IMG/VR virus record: IMGVR_UViG_2831987924_000001
DNA: 64,000 bases
Reading direction: 5' to 3' (one strand)
Source of the DNA: a virus
Lineage: Duplodnaviria > Caudoviricetes
Part shown: positions 21,061 through 32,453 of the stretch, in pieces
How positions within the stretch are numbered: position 1 is the stretch's first letter
Layout of the letters: each line of letters starts with the position of its first letter
Program-made: the position numbers and the translations under genes
The notes under the pieces: model-generated
What the model was told of the DNA's origin: nothing
Database searches by the model: none
The model's input: the letters and a program-made list of their open reading frames with translations, nothing else

Positions 21061-21318
21061 TTATTCATACAACTCCATCCCGTCATTATATGTATAAACT
21101 GCTACATCCGCCTCTTTTAAATTGATCACCGCCATTTCTCTATAACCTCTAGCCATTTCCTCTTTATCAATTCTCTTCACTGGTTTATAATGTTTTTTAA
21201 GAATTTTTCTTGGAATTACAAACGTATACCCATCATCTTTTTTGGCAACATACCCTTCTTCACACTTACCAACTATGGAAAATAGAAAATCTTTATGTGC
21301 AAAGTACACATTATTCAA
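21061..21318 (-). CDS. MazE/AimX/YosL-like MazF-binding protein
   Basis: C-terminal EEMARGYREMAVINL resembles the Bacillus MazE toxin-binding helix (MRRGYMEMAKINL, recalled). Sits directly upstream of the nrd genes. Confidence 0.72.
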   Translation of the reverse strand: MNNVYFAHKDFLFSIVGKCEEGYVAKKDDGYTFVIPRKILKKHYKPVKRIDKEEMARGYREMAVINLKEADVAVYTYNDGMELYE

Positions 21319-22109
21319 CTCCTTTTTATATTTTATTTGAATGCACTAACTGTTGTTAGTACGCCATTATTCAATCGTGCTTCTTCTTCAAAATACACAA
21401 CTGCTTCACTACGTTGTTTGGCTGTGTATGTATATAAATATGATTTTCCATCAGGCATTTCAATAACGCCATACCACTTCTTTTCGAGAACTGGTTTTGT
21501 TTCTGCTTGGTTTGAGAATACTGTTTGTTTAAATGGTTGAGTTGATCGTTTGAAGCGTTTCATCAATATCCTCCTTAATTTTTATTATTATATTATATTT
21601 ATTTTAAAAGATTTATATATTACATTACCATCACCACCTTCAATGTTAGTATATAACATTTACGATATCTTGTCTATATTATTTTTATAATTTATTTAAA
21701 TTTTTATTTGTTAAAACTAACTGTTTCATTCCTATTGTTTCACAGAATTATTTCTAATTCAATTATATTTTTATAATTATATTAAGTCAAGCATTATTTT
21801 TAAGAAAAGTAAATTTCATTATGTAAATTTGATAATACACTATGTATTTTGCTCAGCTTTAAATAGTATTCTTTCCATCTATCTGTATTAATTTCAATGT
21901 CATCTTCTAACTCTTGTTCCAATTCAAATAAATATTCATTAAGCTGATCTAAAAGATATAACAGCTCTTGCTTTTTATCATCACTCATAATAATCACCTT
22001 TTATATTATATTTTTCATACATACTTCCACCGATGATGATTGCCATCATTAAAGCACCAATTGAGCCACCGAGAATGAATCCGATGATAAATGAAATCAT
22101 ATTTCACCT

Positions 22110-22511
22110 CTATTGTCTCAACATATATGCTTTGCCGTCTTCAAAATAAACTAAATCAATTTCAATTAATTTTTCACCTGTACGTTTATTAATAAATGAA
22201 TCTAATGTATAAGGATCATAATAAACTTCATCCATTTGTGATGTATCCATTTCACATTCACCTATGTATAATCCATTAAGTACGGCATGTACATTTTTTC
22301 GTTTCTTTTTTAAAACTCTTTGCCTTCCTGTTTCTGATACTTTGCATTTTACATTTTCAATTCTAAATCTGTCCGCATAAGCACAAACCAATCCTGTCTT
22401 TTTATCTTTGATACTAAAACACTTGCGGTTGAGATTCCTGTATACTGCCACTTCTTGACCTTGTTCTAACTTTCTATCTTTAACTATTTCTAACACATTT
22501 TTCACCTCCAA
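22110..22511 (-). CDS. Conserved phage hypothetical protein
   Basis: VYRNL...FSI...KVSETGRQRVL...KNVHA pattern recalled from phage proteins. Confidence 0.6.
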   Translation of the reverse strand: MEVKNVLEIVKDRKLEQGQEVAVYRNLNRKCFSIKDKKTGLVCAYADRFRIENVKCKVSETGRQRVLKKKRKNVHAVLNGLYIGECEMDTSQMDEVYYDPYTLDSFINKRTGEKLIEIDLVYFEDGKAYMLRQ

Positions 22512-22540
22512 ACCTATAAAATATGATTTTTGTTTAGACT

Positions 22541-23098
22541 TTAAATTACCTTAATCTCTTGTTTATCGGTATTATCCCACACAAAGAAAGCATAAGATGT
22601 TGCATCTGTTTTATTGTTAACGAATTTAGGTCTGCTTGAGAGTATGTATAATTTATTTACTTGGTGTCGCTGCCAAAATTCATATCTTGCTTTACTTTCA
22701 AGAAATGCTGTTCTGAGTAACATAATAATTTCAGCATCAGGATACAATTCTTTGCAACGTAAAATAAATTCTTTTGCTTTTGAAAATGGTGGATTTGTTA
22801 TAATTGTCTTTACTTCGTGAACAGGCAATAATTCAGTAAGAAAATCTTTATGGAAAATATAATCTGCCCCACTATTAATTAAATTTTGATACTCTTCTTG
22901 TCTAATTTCGTTTGCAACGATTATATTTTTATAACCTTTATCACGAATAGCTTGAATGAAATTGCCACATCCGGCACAAGGCTCAAGAATAATTCCATCT
23001 TTTAATTGATAATGATCTAAAAAGTTATGTATTACTTCAACTGGTGTCGGATAAAAATCATATTCGATTCGCTTTGTTCCACGATTTGTAGCTGACAT
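22541..23098 (-). CDS. Small N6-adenine DNA methyltransferase
   Basis: DFYPTP, LEPCAGCG, ITNPPF. Confidence 0.88.
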   Translation of the reverse strand: MSATNRGTKRIEYDFYPTPVEVIHNFLDHYQLKDGIILEPCAGCGNFIQAIRDKGYKNIIVANEIRQEEYQNLINSGADYIFHKDFLTELLPVHEVKTIITNPPFSKAKEFILRCKELYPDAEIIMLLRTAFLESKARYEFWQRHQVNKLYILSSRPKFVNNKTDATSYAFFVWDNTDKQEIKVI

Positions 23099-23111
23099 TC
23101 AATCACCTCTC

Positions 23112-23846
23112 CTATGTATATAATTTATTTATATTTTTCAAATCGTTATGTATTTCAATATTATCCAATCGCTGATTAGCTATTTCTACATATTCTCTTT
23201 CAATTTCAAAAGCTAAAAACTTCCTCTTATTTTTAATTGCAGCGATACATGTAGAGCCCGTTCCAGCAAAAACATCTAACACTACATCACCATTATTCGA
23301 TGAGTTTGTTATTAAACATTCCAACAATTCAACAGGTTTTTCTGTAGGGTGTGTTTTATTCTTTACATTATCAAATTCTAAAATTTGAAAAGTCCCCATA
23401 TTGTTAATGTTTTTTGCTTTGCCTTTTCGTAAAAATACAATAAATTCAGCATTTTTCAGATAGTATCTGTTTGGCGAATGTTTGCTTTTCTTCCAAACCA
23501 ATATGTTTAAAAGTTTAAAGCCTGCTTTTTCACATGCATTTAATAACTCCATTAAATTACGGTCGTTACACATTACATAACAATGTGAAGCAGGTTTTAA
23601 TACTCTATAGACTTCTGATAACCAGTCATCAAACTTGATTTCATTATGATTAAACACTTTACCTTTCTGCAAATCGGTAGCACCTTTTAGTTTTACTGCG
23701 TTATTTGTACAGCCACCTTGAATCAACTTGTATGGTGGGTCTGTAACAACTAAATCAATACTCTCATCAGGAATTAGTTTTAACCCTTCTAAGGCATCTA
23801 TTTGATATATTCTATTTAATTCTAAACTACCTAATAATTCTTTCAT
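23112..23846 (-). CDS. Beta-class N4/N6 DNA methyltransferase
   Basis: VTDPPY, HPTEKP, LDVFAGTGST. Confidence 0.92.
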   Translation of the reverse strand: MKELLGSLELNRIYQIDALEGLKLIPDESIDLVVTDPPYKLIQGGCTNNAVKLKGATDLQKGKVFNHNEIKFDDWLSEVYRVLKPASHCYVMCNDRNLMELLNACEKAGFKLLNILVWKKSKHSPNRYYLKNAEFIVFLRKGKAKNINNMGTFQILEFDNVKNKTHPTEKPVELLECLITNSSNNGDVVLDVFAGTGSTCIAAIKNKRKFLAFEIEREYVEIANQRLDNIEIHNDLKNINKLYT

Positions 23847-23894
23847 CCAAACCCTCCATCATTATAAAGTTATTAATTTTAAATAAAACCACTA

Positions 23895-24061
23895 TTTTAT
23901 TATATTTATTTCTTCAAGTCTCTTTTCAGTAATCTCAATAGCTCTTGGATTGATATCACAACCTATATATTGTCTTCCTAACTCTTTAGCAACAACTAAT
24001 GTAGTTCCACTTCCACAAAAAAAATCTGCTACAATATCCTACACTCCATTTAATTCAATCA
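23895..24061 (-). pseudogene. Internally deleted DNA methyltransferase remnant
   Basis: RBS and TTG start give MIELNGV, then TAG, then DIVADFFCGSGTTLVVAKELGRQYIGCDINPRAIEITEKRL (SAM-binding C-terminus only). Confidence 0.8.
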
Positions 24062-24146
24062 AATTATCACCTACCTTCATAATTATCTATAAAATGTATG
24101 TTTCATTCAAACAAATCTTTATACTTGCCAACTATATCAAATCTAA

Positions 24147-24926
24147 TTAATCCGTAATTTCAACTTCATAATTAATTAAAGCTTCATAAAGTCTCTTAGG
24201 TATTCGATCTTTATATTCTTCCGCCACTTTTTTAATTATATTTTCTTTAAATTTTTTATATGCTTCGAACGCTTCTTCAGGTGTATTATATCTACCTAAA
24301 TACACATTATTTCCTTTTTCATCCTTACAGTTTGCCTGATATTTTTTATCTCTCTTGTAAAAACATACTCCAATAGGCAAATCTCCTCTCAATTCATCTT
24401 TTTTCACAAATAGCAAATTAATTCTTTTTGGAACAAAGACACAGTAATCAGGGCTGTATGTTTTGTTCCCTTTTAATAAAATATCCTTATCTAATTCCAT
24501 TTTTTCGTCATCAACTTCATAGTAATTCTCATCATACCATTTAGAAAAATTTTGAAAGTTATGCCATTCTTCTGCAACCGAACAACCCATATATGTAGGA
24601 TATCTTTTATACAATTTATCACTGTAACATCGTTCTAACATCCCTGTCCAAGTTGAATATTGTGGGCTTGGCTTACCGTTCTCGTATGGTTTATAGACAC
24701 CTTCTCCAATATACCCAATTCCATAAACAGTTTTATCATACACACTTTTTACATCACCTTTACAAAATGCTTTCCAATTGGTGTGGACATGATTACCTTT
24801 TTCAAACTTTACCCAAATGTCTGTCGCAGAATTATACTCTACAACTTCCATCAATGATCCATAATTATTTTTATTTACTTGACCAAGTCTCTCTTCTCTT
24901 AAATTAACGCTTTTCATATACTTCAT
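24147..24926 (-). CDS. HNH-type homing endonuclease with C-terminal AP2 domain
   Basis: W.NFQNF..W, LDKDIL..GNK.YSP..C.FVP..IN, LPIGV, YLG.Y.TPEEAF.AY. Confidence 0.8.
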   Translation of the reverse strand: MKYMKSVNLREERLGQVNKNNYGSLMEVVEYNSATDIWVKFEKGNHVHTNWKAFCKGDVKSVYDKTVYGIGYIGEGVYKPYENGKPSPQYSTWTGMLERCYSDKLYKRYPTYMGCSVAEEWHNFQNFSKWYDENYYEVDDEKMELDKDILLKGNKTYSPDYCVFVPKRINLLFVKKDELRGDLPIGVCFYKRDKKYQANCKDEKGNNVYLGRYNTPEEAFEAYKKFKENIIKKVAEEYKDRIPKRLYEALINYEVEITD

Positions 24927-25371
24927 CCTTATTCAATTCCATTAATGTTAATATCGCATATCCAGCTAAATCAATTAATGTATCTTCTATACTTTCATCT
25001 TTAACTTGTGCTTTATTTTTTAATAATTGTTTAAGTCTTCTCATCTTATCATCTAGTCGAATTATTGCCGATAACAAACCATATTCTTTAAATTGTTCTT
25101 CAAAACTATTGCCATAGTCTGCATTTTTCCGTTTATATGTATCATGAATTTCATCAAGAATTTTTTTATGTAGTTCGATATTTGAATTGTTAATTATTGT
25201 ATTGTTATCAATCAATTCTAATTCATGTTCATCAAACCAAATAATTTCATCATCATTAATAAACACTAAATAATCTTTACCTTTAGGGTTTACATCAACT
25301 ATATTACCCTCCATTTCGTTGTAAGAATCATTACTAATTACCTTTACTTTATCACCCTTTTTAAACTTCAT
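24904..25371 (-). CDS. DUF1599 / nucleotide-modification-associated protein with N-terminal KOW-like domain
   Basis: KNADYGNSF, RLDDKMRR, ESIEDTLIDLAGYAIL. Confidence 0.75.
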   Translation of the reverse strand: MKFKKGDKVKVISNDSYNEMEGNIVDVNPKGKDYLVFINDDEIIWFDEHELELIDNNTIINNSNIELHKKILDEIHDTYKRKNADYGNSFEEQFKEYGLLSAIIRLDDKMRRLKQLLKNKAQVKDESIEDTLIDLAGYAILTLMELNKDEVYEKR

Positions 25372-25478
25372 TCATATACCTCCTTTAATTTGTTTTTAAA
25401 ACTTATTATAATTTTATCAATTTCTTCATCAACAGACGACAAATCATTAATTTCTTCATAAATTCGTTTTGCTTCATT

Positions 25479-25919
25479 TTATTTAATTTCTTTATTAGTT
25501 GCTTCGCTCAATTTTGCAAATTCTTGTTTCATATATTCCCTTTTATCCATAATCAATCTCATTGGTATCAATTCTGGTTCAGGAATCACAATATCAAACA
25601 ATCCGATATTATGTATCTTGCGAAACACAAAATCCTCAAATTCTTGATATGTAGGTTGAAATTCATTTGTTTCTGATAAACACTTTTTCATCTGTTCTAA
25701 TACTATATCTATGTATCGTTCACCGATAATATAAATAACTAAATCTTTGCTATAATGTTTATTAGTCACTTTCTTTATGTATGGTTGAGTTTTTACGTAT
25801 TCGTCTGCTTTTGATAATATTTCTTTGATATTGTTTAATTTAATATTAACCAACGGATAAATTGTGTCACGTAACCCTAAAAAGAATTGTTCATTTTTGG
25901 ATAATTTCTTTTTAACCAA
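25479..25919 (-). CDS. Hypothetical protein
   Basis: 146 aa ORF with RBS. Confidence 0.6.
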   Translation of the reverse strand: MVKKKLSKNEQFFLGLRDTIYPLVNIKLNNIKEILSKADEYVKTQPYIKKVTNKHYSKDLVIYIIGERYIDIVLEQMKKCLSETNEFQPTYQEFEDFVFRKIHNIGLFDIVIPEPELIPMRLIMDKREYMKQEFAKLSEATNKEIK

Positions 25920-25949
25920 TTTATCACCTCCTTTTTATTATAATTTGTT

Positions 25950-27335
25950 TTAAAAACCATCAATATTGGAAGAATCGAGCTTAAACACTTTAAAGCCAAT
26001 ATCTAAATCCGTTTTTCCCGTTTCCTGAACGATTTTCTCGCCCGCGCGGCGGATGCGTTCTTTGCCGATTTCGCAAATGTTTTTATAACCAGCTTTATAC
26101 GCCTCTGACTTTTCATCTGTCTTCTCTGGCAACTGCACCATAATAAACTTACGATTTCCCCCGTCTTCTGCATTTAATTGCATTACTGCGTGAGCGGTAG
26201 TTGCAGAGCCGGAGAAAAAGTCTAAAATAATCGAATCCTTATCACCCACACTTAATATTCTTTTCATAAATGCTAGCTGCTTAGGATTATCAAATGGCGT
26301 ATTAAATTCTTTTAGTAATGCATTATCTGGTCTTTGATCATCGGACATGATTGATTTAGGTCTTTGTGTTAGATTTTCATCTAAATATCTTTTTATCGTT
26401 GGTAGGCTACCATCTGTGTGAAAATGTATTCTATTTTTTTTAATTAGTTCATTCAATTTTTCAGGACTATATCTAAATCCTCCGGGTGGCACAGGATCTT
26501 CTTTTCCAGTTAAAGGATTAATAATTGGGGTCATATTTCCATTCTTTACCCCTCCTAAATTATCTTTACGATATACACCTCTCTCATCAACATACCAGTA
26601 ATTAACAAAATCTATAAACCTTGGATATTTAGTTAATTGTTTTAATTCTTCAGTTATTTGCTCATTACTTAACCCCAGATTTTTCAACTCTTCGATTTTA
26701 CGTTTATACTCTTCTATATTATTTTTAGGAACCGACCATTTATTTTCAGCATGCTTAGTGGATAATACAGAAATATCTCTTGCATAAATTAAACAATAAT
26801 CATGACTAACAGAAACAAATAAAGATTGATTTTTAGAACTATTTGTATTACGAGTAATTGACGCAATAAAGTTATTTTCGCCAAAAATTTCATCAAGTAT
26901 TTTCCTTAAGTTTGCTACTTCCGTATCATCGATACTAATAAAAATTACCCCGTCATCTGTTAATAAATTCCTTGCCAATTTCAATCTCGGGTACATCATA
27001 TTTAACTAATCGGTATGGTATCGTCCGCTTGTTTCCGTATTCGCTTTTGTCGTCTGTTGCGTGATTTCTTTGTAATTTTTGATATTGTCACGGAAATCAT
27101 CCTTATACACAAAATCTTTCCCCGTATTATACGGCGGGTCGATATAGATCATTTTAATCTTGCCGAAATACGATTTTTGCAACAGCTTTAATACTTCGAG
27201 GTTGTCGCCTTCAATATAAAGGTTTTCGGTCGTATCCCAGTTTTTGCTGGAGGCTTTGTCCGGCTGAAGTACTCCTATGGGTTTCATTTCTGTAACTTTC
27301 AATATTTCAGTTTTACCTTCCCAAGTAAAATTCAT
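25950..27335 (-). pseudogene. Type III R-M Mod-like methyltransferase interrupted by an in-frame TAG at 27006-27008
   Basis: IEGDNLEVLK, IYIDPPYNTG, then HTD-TAG-LNMMYPRL (conserved Trp replaced), LDFFSGSATTAHA. No res gene nearby. Confidence 0.9.
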
Positions 27336-27407
27336 TCATTCACCTCCCATAAAATTCAGGTTTTATCTAACTTCTAATATCATTATATTTTATTTAATTT
27401 GGTTTGT

Positions 27408-28046
27408 CTACCCTTTTGGAAATTTTATTATATAAATTTTTCGCTTTTGTTTTCCGAATTTAACTGCATCATCTACATCCTCAAAATAAACATCCACTCT
27501 ATTTCCTTTAATTTTAAACCCTCTATCCTCTACTCGAAATACCTCATTAAACCCTTCGATTTTAACCAATGTACCAAATGGAAATCTCTGATCCATCGCA
27601 ATGGTACGACCTTGAGTGGCAATAGTGCCACTCGCAGTCACCTTAAAATCAGGATCATCTGACGATTTACCTGTTGACTCTTCATATGGTGAATATGCGG
27701 TTACGATACCTTCGAAACTATATATGTAATTATTCTTATATTTTTCTCTTATTTGGTTAGCTTGCTTAATTCGTTTAATCTGTTCTTCAACTCCTTCAAT
27801 TTCTCGATCAAATCGTTGCCTAAGACGATCTTCGCTTTCTTGAATTTTTATTTCTAACTCCCTTAATTCATCTTTCATACTGGTTTGTTCACGCTCAAAT
27901 TGTTTAATTATTTCTTGCTGCTTTCTGTTTTGTGTTTTTAAATTGTTTAACTCTTTATGTAAATCTTGCTTTACGTTATATGTATAAACAATTGGTGTTA
28001 CGACTAATGCAGTACAAAGCAACGTTTTCTTCAGTGATTTTTTCAT
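27408..28046 (-). CDS. Secreted coiled-coil protein with 3D domain (cell-wall lytic transglycosylase-like)
   Basis: N-terminal signal/anchor; TAYS...TASG...TIAMD...PFGT...EDRG..IKG.RVDVY. Confidence 0.88.
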   Translation of the reverse strand: MKKSLKKTLLCTALVVTPIVYTYNVKQDLHKELNNLKTQNRKQQEIIKQFEREQTSMKDELRELEIKIQESEDRLRQRFDREIEGVEEQIKRIKQANQIREKYKNNYIYSFEGIVTAYSPYEESTGKSSDDPDFKVTASGTIATQGRTIAMDQRFPFGTLVKIEGFNEVFRVEDRGFKIKGNRVDVYFEDVDDAVKFGKQKRKIYIIKFPKG

Positions 28047-28058
28047 GGCGACTCCTTT

Positions 28059-31000
28059 CTATTTTTCGTATTTCTTTGACATCTGCCAAGCAACAAGCCA
28101 ATTTTCTTTAATATCAGTTTCTAACCATTTACCATCTATTTTGGTTAATTTAGGTTTTTGCTCTACTTTTAATACTTTTATAATATCACCTACATTTAAC
28201 AAAGGTTCACCATCACTATTGTAGAAGTGTTGTTTGGAAACCTTTAACAAGACTTCTGAGCCATTATTCATTATGTATAAAGTGATTTTAGGACTGTATT
28301 TTGTGTCAATGCCTAAAATCATTCCATATGCTTTGTTTACGTTAGGGAAAGTGGTTTGACCATATCCTAATATTTCTTTTTCAAATAAAATTTGTTCCTG
28401 TATTGATATTTCCTTATCTTCTAATGATTTTGCATAATCTTTAATTTCTTTAATTCTTTGTTGTTTAGTTGATTCTTTATGCGATTTTTTATAATGCTTT
28501 TTAAATTTCTCATAAATTGCATATAATTTTTTATTTTTACCAAACATTTTAAAGAAATTTAATTTAATAAGTATCTCCATTTGCCTTGCATTACAAGATG
28601 TTTTTTCTTCAATATCAATCAATAAATCAACAAAATCGTCATACTTATTTTTTGCTAATTCATATAATTCTTCCGCTACGGATTCATTTAAAAATTTAAT
28701 AGAAGCAATACCTTTAACAATAGAATTTGTTTCTTTATCTGCTGAATATTGCGCTCTTGATTTTCCAAATTCAATTGGAATAATTTTAATACCAAAATAA
28801 TCTAGTTCTTTATGTAATTTATCTGTCATCTCTGTATCATTTTGATATTTATTTAAAACAACAGTGTAATACTCCAATGGATAATTTGCTTTCAAATATG
28901 CTCCATATAGTGAGTCATAAGCAACTGATAAAGCATGACTTGAGTTAAATCCATATCCTACAGCATCCTCAATGATTTTCCAAACCTTTTCTGCATTTTC
29001 AGGGCTATTAGTTTTTTCAATAAAGCCATTTATAAATCTTTCTTTAATTGGTTCAATAACACCCGGCTTCTTTTTTGCAATTGCTTTTAATAACCCATAT
29101 GTTTCATCTTCTGGGAATCCTGCATAAACTAAAGTTGCCATAATATTTTCTTGATAAAGAACAAAATTATCCGATTCTTTTAGAATCTCATCAAATTCAG
29201 GAATACCATAAGAAAACGGCTTACGATCTAATAATAAATGCTTCATACTTTCAAAAGCAGGTCTAATTCCTGCAACAAACGCTGCTAATTCCCGAACAGA
29301 TTTAGGTTTATATCTCATTACTTGTGGAGTAGCAGAATCCGTTCCTGTTTGGTTAAGTGTTGCAGTAATTCCATCTTCATATAATTTCCATACTTTTTTA
29401 TCATTTTCAATGAGTTTATTTAATTCACGTATACTATGAATTGGTTTATTAATTGCTTTATATACATCAGCAATAATATCCCAGACGGTGACAGTCAAAT
29501 AGTCATTTTTCAAATATTTCCAAGCATCAGAAGTTCCTGAATCAATTAATGCACATAATTCATCACCAATTTTAATTATTCCAATTTCTTCTGATATTGG
29601 TTTATCTAACAATAAAAATGCACAAGGATGAGGTGAAACAGATTCAATTACACCTACAAACTTTTTCGATTCTTCAATTAAATCCTTCCATTTAGGATCA
29701 TCTTTATATCTTTCTAAATCCTTAGCTACATCGTTATACTCACTCATTTTTAAACCTTTTGCTCTACATAAATTCCTAAAAGCAGCACTATCTTTCATTT
29801 TTCCATATGCAACCATGTAATAAATATTATCTTCACCGAGTATTTCTTTTGTTGCTTCAATAAAAGGCTTTGGGTTGGCTGTATTAAAGTCAATCGCTAC
29901 TACCTTTGCTTTCGCAAAGGGCTAGACTATATCTTCATCCTCAGCATTACCTGTTAGGATGGGCGGCGCTTCGGGTCGGCATCAGCCTCCCCTACGGGCT
30001 TCATCACCATAGCATTCGCCGTAGGTGGTATGCCCTAGTCGTTGAACCTTCTCCACCCTTTCGGGACAGGAGCTTGGCTGCTGATTGCCCATTGTTGCAT
30101 CTTTCCTTTTTTCAAGCCGTCACGTCTGCCGTTTCCAACTACGTTGTGGCAAGGAAAGCTTTAGGGTTTCCCAGCAATTCACCGCCTGCATCTATAATAT
30201 TTCTATTATAGAGGACTATCTTTCACTGTGTATTAAATTTACTTTATTAATATGCACAGTGAAAGAATAATCAGGCAAAGATCTTGTTTCTAAAATTCTC
30301 GATTTACTCATGAAACGTGTTGGATATAAAGTAATTGGAGCATCTAATCGGTCAATTTCTGTAAACCCCAAAAGCTTATTAATGTAAAATGAAGGTGCAC
30401 TTCCTCTTCCTGTTCGTGTTAAAATTCCACCTTTTTGCTTTGCTCTTTTAATAACTTCATAATTTAATAAAAAGTAATCTTCCATTTTTGTATCTTCTAC
30501 AATTTGTGTTTCAAATTTAATTGCTTCAATATATTCCTTATGTCTCTCTTTTGGAATTTCCTTTTTATCTTTCTCCCATTCTTGCTTTATAATTTCTTTA
30601 AGTTTTTTTATTTTTTGTTCATGTGTCCAAGTTGGATATATTGATGGCATTTTAATACTACTTTTATCTAATTTTATATCTTCAAATTCATCAATAATCC
30701 ATGTATTTTTTAATGCTTGCTCAACTTGTTCTCGCGTAAAAACTCCTTGCTCTTCATATCTTTTGAAGATTGTTTCAGCATCAGGATAATCAAGAATAAA
30801 CCCCTCTTCTTCAGGATAATAAATATTTTTTCCATTAAGAAATTCAGTGCGATCTTTGTCTTGTTCAGGATAAATATAATGGCTATCTGTTGCATGAATG
30901 AATGGTATTTTATATTTATTATGCAAATCTAATATTTTCTTATTATATTCAACTTGCAATGGATGTGTATTATCATGTAATTCTAAATAGAAATTATCAC

Positions 31001-31478
31001 CGAAATAATCTAATATCGGTTTCACAAAGTTTTCTTCATAATCGTCAAATTTATTTATATAGCTCATTACACATGTAGATGTAACTACAACGTCTTTAGG
31101 ATTTAAACTAAAAAGCAATTCTTTGTCAATACGCGGTTTATAATAATATCCAGTTTTATTTGCTTCCGACATAATTTTAAGCATTTGTTTCATACCATGA
31201 TGATTTTTAGCTAATATCATTAAATGCGAATTAGATTTATCTTTACTAAAACGATCATTCACATAATAATATTCGATTCCAAATACAAATTTTAATTCAT
31301 ACTCTTGTGCTAAATCATAATACTCAAATATGTTTCCAGCATATCCATGCTCTGTTGTACATAAAGTAGTATGACCTAATTCAATAGCTCTTTTTGCATA
31401 ATCTTCAGGTTTCACAATAGAGTCTGGCGTAATAATGTTGCTATAATGTGTATGCTTATGATAATTATTGTATCTCAT
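28059..31478 (-). CDS. dnaE: DNA polymerase III alpha-like (DnaE, PHP + polymerase), two exons 31478-30270 and 29894-28059, about 1014 aa spliced
   Basis: HKHTHYS PHP motif and GRGSA. Exon 1 ends RSLPD and exon 2 begins IDFNTANP in frame with ORF 28059-29816; YGFNSSHA motif present. Confidence 0.93.
29895..30269 (-). ncRNA. Group I self-splicing intron (375 nt, no internal ORF)
   Basis: Minus strand has P (GAATTGCTGGGAA), Q (AATCAGCAG), R (GTTCAACGACTAG) and S (AAGATATAGTCTAG). Exon ends in U, intron ends in G, and exon GAU pairs with GUC (U-G wobble). Removal restores PDID. Confidence 0.95.
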
Positions 31479-31499
31479 TCACAACACCTCTTTTATATT

Positions 31500-32453
31500 T
31501 TACATATATTCCTTATTCTTTTTAAATGTTCTACTCTCAGGTGTCCACAAACAATAATATTCACATAATCCTTTTGTATACCATTCTGTATTCGGATTCG
31601 TTTCAGAGAACTCACACCAATAACACAGAGGCGAAGGCTTTGGAATCCACTCATCTATAGCTAAACACCATTCCATATCATCTAAAATCTTTTGTATTTT
31701 TTTAATACCTCTTTCTAAAAACCCTTTAGATGTAACATATTGTTTTTCGCCTAACAAAATCATATCATATTGATATTCCACAGGAATTTTATTATAAATC
31801 TCTTTACATGCCAAAGCATAAATTACCATTTGCAACGGTGTTGTTAAGTCTTTATCACTAAACAATTTATTTGATGATTTATAATCAACTACTCGTAATT
31901 CACCATTTGTGTTTTGATCAATCCTATCAATAAAACCATGAAAAATCACTTTGTCTTCAAACACAAATTCAAATGGCATCTCTACTGCAATAGGCTTCCA
32001 CTCACTTGTATCAACATCTTCTTGTATGTATTCAAAGAAAATATCTAATTTCTCATTATAACTAAGTCCACTTTTTGCATCCACTTCTTCAAATAATTCA
32101 TTACCATATTTCTCACGCAATTGTTTTAATCCGTTTAAAAACTTACCTTTATCTTTTTCTGTTTCTTCAGCAACTCCCATCTCAATAACATTAAATAATT
32201 CATTATAATTTACATCTTTTTCATCAATGATGTTTCTGTATTTAATTTCTAATGCTTTATGTAATATATTTCCTAATTCCAAGTGCAACGCTTCTGTTGC
32301 GCTTTTATTATCATCTATGTATCTTAATTTATATCTCATTGGACATTGTACAAACATATTCAAGCTACTATAACTTAATCTTGGCAATTCTTTCACTACA
32401 TCAACCCCTAACTTTAAATTTATATTCATTATATAGACGATACCACTTATCAA
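31500..32453 (-). CDS. PD-(D/E)XK exonuclease (AddB/Cas4-like, probable Fe-S)
   Basis: SYSSL...CP, GFIDRID, VVDYKS, LQ..Y, C-terminal CYWC...C. Confidence 0.85.
   Translation of the reverse strand: MISGIVYIMNINLKLGVDVVKELPRLSYSSLNMFVQCPMRYKLRYIDDNKSATEALHLELGNILHKALEIKYRNIIDEKDVNYNELFNVIEMGVAEETEKDKGKFLNGLKQLREKYGNELFEEVDAKSGLSYNEKLDIFFEYIQEDVDTSEWKPIAVEMPFEFVFEDKVIFHGFIDRIDQNTNGELRVVDYKSSNKLFSDKDLTTPLQMVIYALACKEIYNKIPVEYQYDMILLGEKQYVTSKGFLERGIKKIQKILDDMEWCLAIDEWIPKPSPLCYWCEFSETNPNTEWYTKGLCEYYCLWTPESRTFKKNKEYM

Noticed and set aside
29906..30270. Plus-strand ORFs within the intron as a homing endonuclease
   Set aside because: They are antisense to the intron, short, and lack HNH, GIY-YIG or LAGLIDADG motifs.
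28059..31478. dnaE as a pseudogene or split-intein gene
   Set aside because: There are no intein motifs; group I intron core elements and exact restoration of PDID explain the split.
31500..32453. Cas4-like nuclease as the adaptation gene for the CRISPR array
   Set aside because: It lies in the replication operon between primase and dnaE, about 6 kb from the array, with no cas1/cas2. A phage recombination exonuclease is more likely.
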